Positions 1 to 13,124 of a DNA stretch of 64,000 nt are shown piece by piece. Each line of letters begins with the position of its first letter. Position 1 is the stretch's first letter. The DNA is from Octopus sinensis (Eukaryota). The stretch spans positions 15,748,001 through 15,812,000 of the forward strand of contig NC_042999.1 of NCBI RefSeq assembly GCF_006345805.1, in the 5' to 3' direction. A program made the position numbers and the translations under genes. The notes below the pieces were generated by a model that saw only the letters and a list, made by a program, of their open reading frames with translations, was not told the origin of the DNA and ran no database searches.

Positions 1-2
1 TC

Positions 3-33
<31 letters not shown>

Positions 34-410
34 AACAAGCACACACACACAGAGTTAAGAGGTTTTACATGACTACAGTTATATAAAAAAAAAACACAAA
101 AAAAATTGCTTTAAGAACTTTATCATAGATAAAAGAAAAAGCATTCACATTTTTACCAAAATATGATACTGGCTTTGATCACTTTAAAAGATGATTTAGT
201 CAGGCTGAAATAAAAGGTAAAATTAAATGAAATTAACTAAATTAATTTCATTTAATTTATTTTAATTCATTTTCTCTCTTATTTCAGCATAACTAAATTG
301 TTGTTTAAAAACATTGAAACCGGTAGCATATTTTAATAAAAATGTAAATATTTGTTGTTATCCATAAAAAAATTCTCTTTTTGCTTTTCAACTTTCATAT
401 ACATATATAT

Positions 411-471
<61 letters not shown>

Positions 472-1859
472 GTACAGTGTATGAGTAAAAGCAAAGAAAA
501 TTAGGCAAATAATATAAGACCACAATGACGAATGTTAAGAAAACAAAATAACTAAATATAGTGAACATTCAAATTGTGAAGTGAGTTATTTCAGCAGATA
601 TACTATATACTGAGTGATAACATCATGAAAAAAATATCTAAACAATCACAGACAGTACCAACACAAACAGTCATCGTTATATTTCTTTGGTGACATCAGA
701 TAAACGAATTCTCATAAAATAATGATAAAAGAAGATAATTTAGATGACAAGAAATTTCAAAGTGATTTGTGAAAATAGGTGATTTCTTATTTATGACTAT
801 ATGTGAATAATTTATACACATAATGAAAGTGAAAACGTGAATATCTTTGTAGAAATGTTTGGATTTACCCTCTGTTGCATTAGGTTCAATTTTAAAAATT
901 GTGTTATATAATGGCACACCTAAATTAAATGAAAAAGAAAATACAAAATTTATGAAGCGTTTACCTTTTTTTCAAAACATTCCACATTTATATTTGAATG
1001 AAAAGTTAGATATAATTTACATGCTCCTTGTTTTTAGTTATTGAAATATTGCATGATTTCAATGAATAACATTTTTATATGAATCAATAAACAAACTAGT
1101 AGAGTCATTGATGGCTTTCCCAGAGGATTGAACACATTGATATATATATATATATAAATAAATATATATATATATATAATTCCCATAAAATTGTGTGGAG
1201 TGTTAGGCCATAATAAATAGTAAGTAGATGTTTTTATTAAATTAATATAATTACATACATAGACAGAAAAACAAGATGATGTGACACTCATACCTTTATA
1301 AGGGTATTTATGAGATGAATTAGGTAGCTTTGAGTAGAAACTGGAATTGGACCAATGATTGAGTCTCACAAAAACATATCACTGTATTATATAAATGCAT
1401 ACTCTCATAATCTAAGACAAATTCCATTCATACAATCAAAAGTTCACATATTCAACAGTTTTAGTTATGCTCTTAATTATCCTTCTTTGTTCTTATTTTG
1501 TTATGCCATGTGCTATCAGTTAATTTTTTTACACCAAGATTAGAAAACCCTTTACCCACGGGTGAAATTTCACCTTCATTTTACGTTTGAAACAGCTTGC
1601 TAACAAAGTTTTCAATATATATATATATATATATAAACAGTTGAAAAATAAGGCATAAACACATTTGTGATAACCAAATAAAATTTTGTAGTTCATTTGC
1701 TTTTTTTTTTTAAAGATTTTTAAATGATTTTATATACTGCATAGATGAAATCCCTTCTATGACAGAACTGAGAAAATGAATTGCTGACTTTAGTTCTTTG
1801 ATGAAAAATAGACATATCATTATTTTTAATAAAACTATATCAAAAATAGTATGAATTAT

Positions 1860-2120
1860 TTGTAGATTCAGATGTAGTTTATCAAAACTACTATCTTCAA
1901 AGCCTACAATTTGATCAAGCATAATGGATAGGAAAAACTTCTATCAATTTTAAAAGAAACTTTATGCAAACAGCATTCTATTTCAAAAGCCATAATAATA
2001 AAAAAAGATTTCTTTAACAGAAGAAGTTATGAAATGTGCAAGTTAACTACAAAGGAAGTGAAGCCATACACTGATGGTGAGTTTGTTAAGGAGTGTGTAG
2101 TTGTTGTACAACTGTGAGCA
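1860..2120 (+). pseudogene. hAT (SPIN/Charlie, GTF2IRD2-like) transposase remnant
   Basis: Hand translation with a stop: FKAYNLIKH...LKETLCKQHS...SYEMCKLTTKEVKPYTDGEFVKECV. This resembles the KEYNLxRH and KPFTDGEFVKEC motifs of that family. Confidence 0.6.
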
Positions 2121-4347
2121 ATGTCTTCACATTCTACTCCAAATATAGACTTCTGTATCAGATTATGTTAGTACAGTGTATGACAAATACTAGTATCTGC
2201 TTTACAATTCTTAGATTATGACACTATGATTCTCTCTCTCTCTCTCTCTCACTGTTTCTCATTATTGTATCCTCCACTTTTCTATGCTAATGGGTCAGAC
2301 AGAATTCATTTAGATTTAGATTTTCTATCGCCAAATGCTTTACATGTTGCCAACCCACACTTGCTCACAAGCAAGCTAATATTCCATCATGGATGGACAT
2401 GTTTTCATAGAAGATTAGAAACAAAGGACCATGTTTTATGATGCTGACACCTATTCACAACAATTGCATGATGGGTGAAAAGATAGCTTCTTCTAAAATG
2501 AGGGACTACAATAAAAATCTTTAAGAAAGGAATACATCTGTGCTAATACATTGCCAACAAAGCTCATTCAAAGCAGATGTGTGCATACATGCACCATCTA
2601 CTCACATGGGTCTCATTTTATGATTAACTGCACCACAAAATATTTCCCAAAGATGTGAACATAGGGAAAAGTACAAAGAAATAGGCAAGAAATAATAGAC
2701 ATGATATCAAATATAACCGTATTGTCAGTGAAAAACTTTTACATTATAATTTTGAAAACGAGTTCCTTCCTATAATGGTATCAGTAATTAAGGAAAGAAA
2801 TGGTCCAAGTGTCGAAGTTAGATTCTTTTGCATTATCAGAAGATGAAAGAAGAGCATTTTGGAAACTGAATAGTTATAACTTGTAGTTTATATTTTCAGG
2901 CAATGTTACCCACAAAGAATATATTTAACAATTAGCAGCTTCAAAACTTGACACAGAATCACTTCTGCAGTGCATATATACAGTGCTGAAATCTACTGGT
3001 GTTGAGACCCAGTTATGTGCTACCAATGTTATGCTGACCCTTTGATAATGAGCAAAAAATAAGGGAAAAAAATATATGTTCAAGTGAAACTGCAAGCCCA
3101 GGTCCTATTTGCTGTCTACATTTACCGCAACACCAACTCATCCGTTTGTGATTGACTGCACATGAAATATAAAGATTACAAGAGAATTTTTCACCATATC
3201 GTGGCAACTCTACCACTTCATAGCTCAGGCCGCTGTGCATCGGTACTCAAAACAAGAAGTAAAGCATGAATATCCATTGGAGCTAAGCTTGTCAGCACAC
3301 ATTGGATCTGTCAGCATGGATGCTGTAACATGCTGCAGCATAGGCTTTCATATATTTTGGAGATTTTATTCCATTTCAGTGAGGATATGACAAACTGAGA
3401 GAAAGTCACTTCTATAACTTATATCTGCAAAGTTTTTCTGAGTTGTCATCCTCTTTAAATAGTTCTACTGTGAACCAGGCTTCTGGCAAAGATGCTTCAA
3501 TCTTCACTGGGTATGAATGCTGCAAATGAATTAGTATCCAGTGACACAGATAATGTTGATATCAAGCAAAACAAACTGCGCAACAAAGGTATGTAGCATA
3601 CAATCAAGCAACAAGCCCCAAGCAGACTAGCTGGTTTGCTTGAAAATGCAATGATAGTATGAAGCCACAATATTAGGCCTTGATATTATTAAAGTCTACT
3701 GAAAGATTACTACCAAGTAGCAGAGCTAAATGATGTCTTCTCTCCTTTTTTGTTTTACATTAACCCTTTAGTGTTCAGATTACCCCTGTTAAATGTAATA
3801 TTTTTTTACTCAAATTGTTTTTAATTGATCATGCATTATCTTATAGCTTTGGGTTTTCAATGATGTGATTGTTTATTCTTAGAATGTCAATGTAGGTTAG
3901 GTGTGAGAAGCTAGATATCACCAGTTTGAATATAAAACATGTAGAATATTTGATCCGGATATGGCCAGTTTAAATACTAAAGAGTTAAATACAAGTTGGG
4001 GAGAGAAATTTCCTTATTCAATGCTATTCTTAAGAACCTTGGGGAAACACCCTGGCTGCTTGGATGTCTGCATTTGAAGAGTCTCCAGAAATGCAGATAC
4101 TGTGTAGGCTAAGCCACACATTTGAATCTATTATACCAAACACTGCTAGCTATGAATGTTTTTAAATAATCTTCTTCATCATATTAATGTTTGTAATAAT
4201 CACTTAGTTTAAGTTTGTGTTGCATTGATTTTCACCATTCACCCATACAGCAAATATATCTTCCTTTTTTCAAATATTTGGTTTGGTTTGTGTTTTCTTT
4301 TTTTCTTGTTTCATATGCACTTCTAATAAGAATATATGTTAGTTAAT

Positions 4348-4412
4348 CATCATCATCATCATCATCATCATCATTTAACGTCCACTTTCCATGTTAGCAT
4401 GGGTTGGACGAT
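4348..4412 (-). mobile_element. SINE family A (GAT-tailed), 3' fragment
   Basis: Reverse complement of ...ccaacccatgctaacatggaaagtggacgttaaatgatgatgat. Confidence 0.75.
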
Positions 4413-5471
4413 TTTGACTTGTTTGAATAAGTTACCTTTACTGACAACAATGAGATTGCCATGGCAGAAGCTTTATTTTGTTTACATTCTTCATGATGGT
4501 TCTTATCATTTATGTGTCCAAATTTAAAGACTTGATGTTTGCAAGATTTCAATTACCACATTTCCAATCTTACATTATCATCATTCTAATGACCACTTTT
4601 CCATACTTGCATAGATCAGAAAGAATTTGTTGAGGCAGATTTTCTATAGCCAGATGCTCTTTTTGTTTCCACCCAACACATGTTTTCCTGTAAGGTAATA
4701 TTTCCCCTGGGTTGGAAGCTTAGAAACAAAAGGAACCCACTATAATATTTTTCTTGCTATTGTAGACAAAACTATTAGTCTCTAGAGGTACAAGTCCTTT
4801 TCTGTCTATGATAAATAAAGAATTTTTACTTTATAATCTTTTTGCGTTTTTGTAAGATATTTTGCACTATGAATTTTCTTCTTATTTTATATTTAATTAT
4901 GATTCACCATGGAATAAAATCAAAGACTTTCACTAGTAAGAAAATGAATGAAACAACACAGATAAAAGATGAGAGGAAAAACAAGAATTTAAGACCTAAC
5001 CAATGAGTAAGAAGAGCCAACACATGAATGAGTAAGAATGTGAAAGTTGCCAACAATATTGAAGAGACAGTAAACAGATACATATAGGACACATGAACAG
5101 TAATAATCTAGCTGTTTATAGGCAACGACATTGAGAGAAGTGTGAAGGATTAATATGAACAAACAGCAGCAAGTAGAAAATCAGGAAGAACTTAGGCAAA
5201 AAAAATTCAGTATGATGAGAAAATATGAATGAAAAACAGTTGCACGAAATATTCAAGGAGAACAATATAAAAAATGATTTGATGCTTTGATGATATGATA
5301 TCAGAATAATATCTTTATTGTTATTTTTTGTCGATAAACTCAATCTATTGTCTAGCTCATTATCATAAAAACTTTAATATAATATATTGAAACAATGTAA
5401 TGAATTTTCACAATGAAATTAATAAAAAGAAATTAATATTCATTCTATATGAGGAGAAATATTATTTTCTG

Positions 5472-5910
5472 AATGCCAGTAGCACTTAAAACACACCATT
5501 TGAGCGTTATCATTACCAGTGTCGCCTTACTGGCACTTGTGCCCATGCTAGTAGGGTGCCAAGAGCACCATCTGAGCATGATCGTTGCCAGAGCAGCCAA
5601 CTGGCTTCCGTGACAGTGGCACGTAAAAGGGCACCATTCGAGCGTGATCATTACCAACGTCGCCTTACTGGCACCTGTGCCGGTGGCATGTGTAAAAAGA
5701 TTCGAGCGAGGTCGTTGCCAGTACTGCCTGATTGGCCCCCGTGCCGGTAGCACATAAAAAGCACCCACTACACTCTCGGAGTGGTTGGCGTTAGGAAACT
5801 CTGCCAAACCAAGATTGGAGCCTGGTGCAGCCATCTGGTTCACCAGCCCTCAGTCAAAATCGTCCAACCCATGCTAGCATGGAAAGCAGACGTTAAACGA
5901 TGATGATGAT
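5472..5910 (+). mobile_element. SINE family A with internal ~138-bp higher-order array
   Basis: GTGCCGGTGGCAC hairpin units, then AAAAAGCACCCACTACACTCTCGGAGTGGTTGGCGTTAGGAA, then the tail GACGTTAAACGATGATGAT. Homologous to 55342-55853. Confidence 0.85.
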
Positions 5911-6637
5911 AATTAACCAACATATATTCTTATTAGAAGTACATATGAAACAAGAGAAAAGAAAACACAAACCAAAAGTTATGTCCTTCCCTTTGCAAAT
6001 GTCATGCATAATGTGCCTATTTTATCAATTAATCTGAAATAGATCAAGCACATAGTTTTTACTTATGATGGAAGAATCACCTAGAATGCTGATAAGTCAA
6101 ACAACAGCAAAAACCTGGATGCCAGTCAGTTAAATATGATTTTTCTCCTGCTATAAAATCCCTTTTGGTCACAACACACAAAAATTTATTCACAAAATCT
6201 TTTCACGTATGTAAACCTTAAAGTAACATGTGATGTTTACTCTTTCTCCCGTTTGTTTTTTGAGTATTATTTATGTAAAACTCATCTTGTGAAAACATAT
6301 CTATGAAAGTGATTGTTTGGTTAGTCAAATGACATAGCAACAATTTAATAGTAAACCAAAGGATTATTCAATACTTTTTAGTGAAGTATATATTTACTAA
6401 CTTTTAAAAGGAAAAGGTTGATAGTGAACTTTCCTTGTAAAATTTATATATTCTCTCTCTCTCCCTCTCTCTCTGAGCATTGGGTCTCATGGCAGCAAAG
6501 TGGCCGAGTTCCTTTCTAGCGTTGGGCATCATGGAGGCAATGACCAAGCACTTTGGCATTATGTTGTGCTTGAGAAGACCCATCAAGCTGAGGAAAATCA
6601 CAGTCGTAGCAGATAATGGTGTCACACAAATGGTTCC

Positions 6638-6808
6638 CATACCGATGGCACATATAAAGCACTCATTGCACTCTCAGAGCAGTTGGCATTAGGAAGGGCA
6701 TCCAGCCAAGAAAACCAAATCAGACTGGAGCCTGATGCAGCCTTCCAGCATGCCAAACCATCCAACCCATGCCAGCATGGTCAACAGACATTAAATGATG
6801 ATGATGAT
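6638..6808 (+). mobile_element. SINE family A, diverged
   Basis: GTTGGCATTAGGAAGGGCATCCAGC core and GACATTAAATGATGATGAT tail. Confidence 0.8.
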
Positions 6809-6858
6809 ATATATATATATATATAATCAAAATAAGCAACAAGTATATCCGAGGTAAT

Positions 6859-6944
6859 GTGGTACAATCATTTCATGCTACTTCATTTTATTAAACACTG
6901 TAAGTATTACATCAGTTTTAAAATGTCAAGCAATCTTCAGCCAC
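6859..6944 (-). ncRNA. Type I hammerhead motif with long stem II (left arm)
   Basis: GUGG CUGAAGA [~60-nt stem II] GAAAU GAUU GUA CCAC. Stem I is GUGG/CCAC. Confidence 0.7.
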
Positions 6945-7008
6945 TTATAGAAATTTTCCAATCAAACAGAAAATTCTATCAATAAAATTGATTGGAAAAT
7001 TTCTATAA

Positions 7009-7094
7009 GTGGCTGAAGATTGCTCGACATTTTAAAACTGATGTAATACTTACAGTGTTTAATAAAATGAAGTAGCATGAAACGATTCTACCAC
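7009..7094 (+). ncRNA. Type I hammerhead motif (right arm, C.C mismatch in stem III)
   Basis: GUGG CUGAAGA [stem II] GAAAC GAUU CUA CCAC. Confidence 0.6.
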
Positions 7095-7274
7095 ATTACC
7101 TCCTATATACTTGTTGCTTATTTTGATTATAATCACCCCATGGATTTATATGAATAATACTATACAAAATTCTGGTGCCTTTGACTTAAGTACCATATTC
7201 ATCTGAATCTAAATTTTGCTGAACCTATATGTATGTATGTATGTATGTATGTATACATGCACATATCGATACAT

Positions 7275-7380
7275 ACACACACACATACACACAATGGACT
7301 TCCACACAGTTTCCGTTTCCTAAATTCACTTAAAAGACATTGGTCAGACAAAGATTACGGGACAAAACCTACAGCGAAGC
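7275..7380 (-). mobile_element. SINE family B fragment
   Basis: ggacttccacacagtttccgtttcctaaattcactt resembles the reverse complement of the body of the 11990-12405 copy. Confidence 0.55.
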
Positions 7381-7698
7381 TTTGTAATATTTCAGTTCTT
7401 CTGATTTACACTGTTGTGCATGAAATAGATATTGTTTAATTAATGACAAGCTGTCAATGCACAAATATGCAAATTCGGTTAATCAAATTTATGACTGCTT
7501 GATATATATATCAGTTGAACTATGCTAGTGGTTGCAGAAAGGAAGCCAGGTATATTTTCTTTGAGAAAGAATCAATAACGTATGAAAAGGTTCATCAGGA
7601 AAACTTCCTCCTTCTTTTTCCATGTGTCAATAGCATCGAAAGAGTGTGTTTGCATTATTATTTCACCCGGGGAGAGGCTGTATAATGCTTGAATTAGA

Positions 7699-7729
<31 letters not shown>

Positions 7730-7789
7730 GATGATTATTATTATTATTATTAAAGACAAGGAAGAAAATATTTGTAGACGAATACGTGT

Positions 7790-8188
7790 AAGTATTCCGA
7801 CTGATAAAAATTTGACAAATCAAGTAAATATAGGGACCTGGAAAATGAAATACAAAAGATGTGGTATCTTAAAGTGAGAACTGTTCCTGTTATTGTAGGT
7901 GCCCTAGGTATGATAAAAAAGAATGTCAGAAACATTTAGATAAGCCCCGGGAGAACATGTTTCAGAGAAATCCAAAAGATTGTGCTGACAAGTACTGACC
8001 CCATACTTAGAAAAACCCTGTTCATTTAAATGTCTGTGTTGTATTATATGAAAATATTTTGCTACTGCTCCTGCCACTTTATCTCCTCAAGTTTTCAGTC
8101 ATACTGTAACATCTCTTATCCTTCACTCATCCAAGGATGCTGGGTGAGTCCTGGCAAGTGATTGTAGCAAACATGCAGCTTAAAAGTA

Positions 8189-8190
<2 letters not shown>
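7790..8190 (+). mobile_element. R4/Dong-clade LINE 3' fragment (RLE C-terminus and 3' UTR) ending in (TAA)n
   Basis: Translates SKYRDLENEIQKMWYLKVRTVPVIVGALG...IQKIVLTSTDPILRKTL. It parallels the end of the neighbouring Dong ORF and is followed by (TAA)n. Confidence 0.75.
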
Positions 8191-8266
<76 letters not shown>

Positions 8267-8270
8267 AAGA
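8190..8270 (+). repeat. (TAA)n-(GAA)n compound microsatellite
   Basis: Direct reading. Confidence 0.95.
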
Positions 8271-10932
8271 ACTTCAGGCATATTGCAATAAATACTGTCA
8301 GACTGAGGTTCTTGTTGTGACTTGACAGACAGTACAAACCCCTGGTAGACAATCAACATCATGATATTGGCTACTACGCAATGTCTTAAAAAAAAATAAT
8401 AATAATAATAATAATAATAGTAATAATAATAATGGAAAGACTGCTTTGCCATGAGGCTAGTAGTAGAATGCCAAAGAAAGTTAGTTAAACATTTCTTCTC
8501 CTTTTCTTTTCCTTTTTTTTTGATTATCTTCTCCAAATATTCCTATCTAGCTACTGTGATGAAAAGACTGCTTTGCCATGAGGCCGATGCACCCACCACC
8601 ACTTCCCTGTATTGAAACTGAGAGTGAGGTAATTATTCATTTATTTTTTTCTTCGGTTGGGATGTTGGCGACTAAACTGGCAACCCCACAGAACTTGCTC
8701 TGTGAAGAGGGTGCATGATTCTTGCTATTTTGACACCTTACAGGAAGAAGAACATGACCTGTATAAAGGCTAATGAACACTTATGAGGCAACGGCCACCA
8801 AAATACCAAATACCTAAGAGGCAGAAGCAATCATAATGCTTGAACACACCTTCTAGAAGACGGAAACTCCAAAAATTAAACCAGGATTACAGGAATCCTA
8901 TATCCTAGGGTGGTGATCTTGTCAGTGATGGTGTCACAGGAAAAATGAAATACTGGTGGTTGTGCAACCTATAATTCACTAACTCTCATCATCAGTGCTG
9001 AAAATGTCAAATAAAAATAGAAATGAGAATTGCATGAATGAGGCTGGAAGGCCTTGTGAAGGTCTCTCACCTGGCGGGTGCCCCATGGGTGAGCAGCATG
9101 GGCCCAGGTGTCATCAAGCAACTGCTAAAAGAAGGTGGATGAAAGAAATGAATGTGGCTGTAATGGAGTGCTATTATCTGATAATGAAGTACCTGCTAAG
9201 AGAAATAGGAAAAGAGAGCACAGGGCATGGAGTGACAGAGGTCTACTTGATTTAAGTGAACAAAATCTGTGTGACCAAGCTAGAGCCATCAGAAATAATG
9301 AATGGTTATCTCCAGTTGAACTAGAATGCATTAAGAGACAGGTGCTTGGGGATAGTAAGACTAGCAGTGAACGGAAGGAGGCGGAAGAGGATGCAGAGAG
9401 TGAAACTATGGCAGTAGACTTAAAGGAAGAAAATGAGCATGAGGCTGAGATTTTTGATCAGGAAAGTGATGAGAAAACCAAGGAACAGATATCCATTTTA
9501 AATAAAATCATTGATATTTGGACCTCTGATAAACAGAGATTTCATATGGGGTTTAAAAAAGTAGACAAAAAGAAACTCAACGAATGGGCCAGGAAGATAA
9601 ATGATATCACTGGTGATATCAAGACTGACAACATCACAAACCCCAACAATCTGATAAATGCAATCTCGATCTTTATAGCCTGGAAGTTTGGTTTGAAAGC
9701 CAAAGGTAAATGTCAATATAACCTGAAGGAGAACAGTGCAGTCTATTAATGAGACCAGAAAACATATTAATATTCTGGAATGGAAAAAGAGATAAATGAA
9801 GTTCAGCAAAAGAAATATGTTGAGCTAGAGAGGAAGTATAGGGTGAAGAGAAAGGGAATCAATGTTGCGATTGAGGAATTAAAACAGAGGTTGAAAGCTA
9901 AAAAACATAAACTAAAGAGATATGAACAGAGAATTGAGCAGTACAGATTAAACAGACTTTTTGAACAAAATCAGAAACGAGTCTATCAGAAAGTGGATGG
10001 GAAAGAAAAAGATAAAAAAGTTGTGCCAGATGCTGAAGAAAGTAAAAGATTCTGGTCAAACATATGGTCTCAGGAGAAACAACACAAAACTGAAACAGTG
10101 TGGCTAAAGACACTCAAAGAGGTGAGTGAGAGTGGAAAGTATCAGCAAGAGGATTAAAGAATAACCGAGGAGATGATTAGAGATCAGTGCAGGAAAATTC
10201 CAAACTGGAAAGTGTCTGGCTCAGATGGGGTTCAGGGCTTTTGGCATAAAAACTTGGCAGCTCTGCACAGGAGAATTGTGAGACAGATGGATGAAATACT
10301 GAATAGTGACATCCAAGTACTGACCTGGATGACAAAAGGAAGAATGGTACTATGCTAGAAGGACCCAAGTAGAGGGGATGCGGTTGGAAATTTCCGACCA
10401 ATATCTTATTTGCCACTGATGTGGAAACTGATGACGGGCATCACAGCAAACAGCATCTACAAGTACCTAAATGAGAACGACCTACTACCAGTGGAACAAA
10501 AAGGGTGTAGACATAAGAGCAGAGGAATGAAGGATCAATTACTAATCAATAAGACTATCCTGGCTGATTGCAAGAGTGACACAAAAATTTGGTGATGGCA
10601 TGGATGGACTACACGAAAGCATATGACATGGTCCTACAATCATGGATTATTGAATGTCTTAAACTGCTTAAGGTCTCCCACAATATCCTGAAGTTAATAC
10701 AAAACTCAGTGACAACATGGCAAACTGAACTCATAGCATGGGGAGATAAGCTAGGAGAGATAAATATCAAAAGAGGAATCTTTCGAGGGGACAATCTGTC
10801 GCCTCTCCTATTTGTTGTCTGCATAGTGCCACTAATGAGTGATTTAATAAAGATGCATATGGGGTACATGCTAGGCAGGGTGAAAGCAAACAACCTGTGG
10901 TTTATGAATGACCTAAAGCTATTCGCTAAGAC

Positions 10933-10983
10933 AGTCCAACCCATGCTAGCATGGAAAACGGACGTTAAACGATGATGATGATG
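10933..10983 (+). mobile_element. SINE family A 3' end inserted in the Dong RT
   Basis: gtccaacccatgctagcatggaaaacggacgttaaacgatgatgat interrupts LFAK|DEKETKS. Confidence 0.85.
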
Positions 10984-11989
10984 AGAAAGAAACTAAGAGT
11001 TTTGCGGCAACTATGCAGATGATTAGCAAAGATATTGGCATGGAATTTGGGATTGAAAAATGCGGTGTAATGATTCTCAAAAGGGGGAAATCAGTAAAAG
11101 CCATGGGATCAAGCTGGAAAGTGACAAAACTATAAATGAAGTTAGAGAGGAAGGATATAAGTACCTGGGTATCATTGAAAGAGATAAGATGAATAAACAC
11201 AAGATGAAATAAATGTACTGGAAAGAATATTTGAGAAGAACTCGGCTTGTACTCCAATTGAAGCTAAATGGCCACTATAAAATTAGAACAGTTAACACGT
11301 AGGCAGTTGCTTTGGTGAGATATGGGGCAGGAATAGTATCTTGGAAGAAGTATCAATTACAAGAGATAGACTGGAGAACACGTAAATTGATGACAATGAA
11401 CAAGGAACTACACTCCAAGAGTGATGTGTCAAGATTGTATGTAAAGAGGAAAGAATGAGGAGGGGGACTGGTGTGTTGTGAAGGTTGTGTAAGGGAAGAG
11501 GAGAATAGCCTGGCTTGGTATGTCAAGGGGAGTGAAGAAGAAATGGTTGAAGCAGTGAAAATGTAGGGAACCTTAAAAGTAAACGAAGCCGTAGATCCAA
11601 TACAATTTAAGAAAGACCAAAGAGAGCAGATGAAGAAAATTTAGCAGGACAAGAAAATGCATAGTCAGTTCTTGAAGAATAAAGATGAGATTGATTGGAA
11701 TAGAACTTGACAATGGTTGCAGAAAGGAGACTTAAAAGGGCCCACTGAGGCATTAGTGTGCTGTGCTCAAGAGCAAGCTCTCAGAACAAACTACTCCAAA
11801 TATCACATTGATAAAAGCACTGAATTGCCACAGTGTAGGATGTGCTCTGAGAAAGGAGAAAGTATAAGCCATATTTTTAGTGAGTGCTGTAAGCTTACTC
11901 AATGCAAATACAAAAGGAGAAGTGACAATGTGACCAGATATGTCCACTGGCTATTGTGCGGTAAAGCAAACCTTGAGAAAGCTGAACAA

Positions 11990-12161
11990 TGGCACAGGAG
12001 TGGCTGTGTAGTAAGTAGCTTGCTAACCAGCCACATGGTTCCAGGTTCAGTCCCACTGCATGGCATCTTGGGCAAGTGTCTTCTGCTACAGCCCCGGGCC
12101 GACCAATGCCTTGTGAGTGGATTTGGTAGACGGAAACTGAAAGAAGCCTGTCGTATATATG

Positions 12162-12192
<31 letters not shown>

Positions 12193-12405
12193 TTGTGTGT
12201 TTGTGTTTGTCCCCCTAGCATTGCTTGACAACCGATGCTGGTGTGTTTACGTCCCCGTCACTTAGCGGTTCGGCAAAAAGAGACCGATAGAATAAGTACT
12301 AGGCTTACAAAGAATAAGTCCCGGGGTCGATTTGCTCGATTTAAGGCGGTGCTCCAGCATGGCCGCAGTCAAATGACTGAAACAAGTAAAAGAGTAAAAG
12401 AGTAA
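11990..12405 (+). mobile_element. tRNA-derived SINE family B (CORE-like, internal TA/TG microsatellite) inserted in Dong
   Basis: Head GGAGTGGCTGTGTAGTAAG...GGTTCAGTCCC, then TTGGGCAAGTGTCTTC, then a (AAAGAGT)n tail. Removing it restores ...EQW-YEHKPE... with a short aatgg duplication. Confidence 0.85.
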
Positions 12406-13049
12406 TGGTACGAACACAAACCAGAGAGAGTAATGGAAGACATTACTAAATACTCATAGAGGTGAGACGACCAGATATCATGCTCATCCATTAAAATGAA
12501 AAAGAAGTAAAGATAATAGATGTTGTGATACCAGGCAATACGAAAGTGAAATGTAAGGAAGCAGAAAAGTGTGAGAAATATCAGCCACTGCAGGATGAAA
12601 TAGGAAAGTTATAGGGCATGAGAAAAGTAGTAGTGATACTGGTGGTAATTGGAGCATTAGGGGCAGTTTCCAAGGGCTTTGAAAAACATATTAAGAATAT
12701 TGGAGCTGCTGTCAGGCTCGAGATGATCCAGAAGACAGCATTGTTGGGTATAGCTCACATTCTAAGGAGAGTATTGTCTTTTTGAGCCACAGGAGAAGGC
12801 ACTACTTGAAACCATTGGTGATTTGTTATTGCCTGCTTTCAAGTAAAGAACAATCAGAAATTAAGAACTATCTGGGAGTTTTTCAGAATAACAACAACAT
12901 CAATAATAATAAGAAGAATGATAATGGTTTCAAATTTTGACACAAGGAATGGGCAAACCTATTATATCAAGCACAGTACTCAGCTGGTACCTATTTTATT
13001 GACCCCAAAAGGATGAAAGGCAAAGTCAACTCCCCCTACAGAATAACAA

Positions 13050-13080
<31 letters not shown>

Positions 13081-13124
13081 GCTACTACTACTGCTACTAA
13101 TAATAATAATAACAACAATCCTTT

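Larger units (their letters stand above)
6823..7130. repeat. Long inverted repeat, 143-bp arms with a 22-nt spacer
   Basis: 6823-6965 is the reverse complement of 6988-7130, with about 5 mismatches by eye. Confidence 0.95.
8433..12886 (+). mobile_element. Near full-length decayed R4/Dong-clade non-LTR retrotransposon (RT, CCHC, restriction-like endonuclease)
   Basis: ORF pieces 8995-12783: N-terminal ATAKRRWMKEMNVAVMECYY and EQNLCDQARAI; RT AWMDYTKAYDMV, RGIFRGDNLSPLLF, FMNDLKLFAK; CRMC...H...C knuckle; RLE end DVVIPG...KEAEKCEKYQPL...VVIGALG. It has many stops and frameshifts, two SINE insertions, and TAA/AAC tracts on both flanks. Confidence 0.85.

Noticed and set aside
220-330. 17-bp perfect hairpin (220-258) and a GAAACCGGTA half-hammerhead near 318
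   Set aside because: No CUGANGA core or stem I partner was found, and the sequence is very AT-rich.
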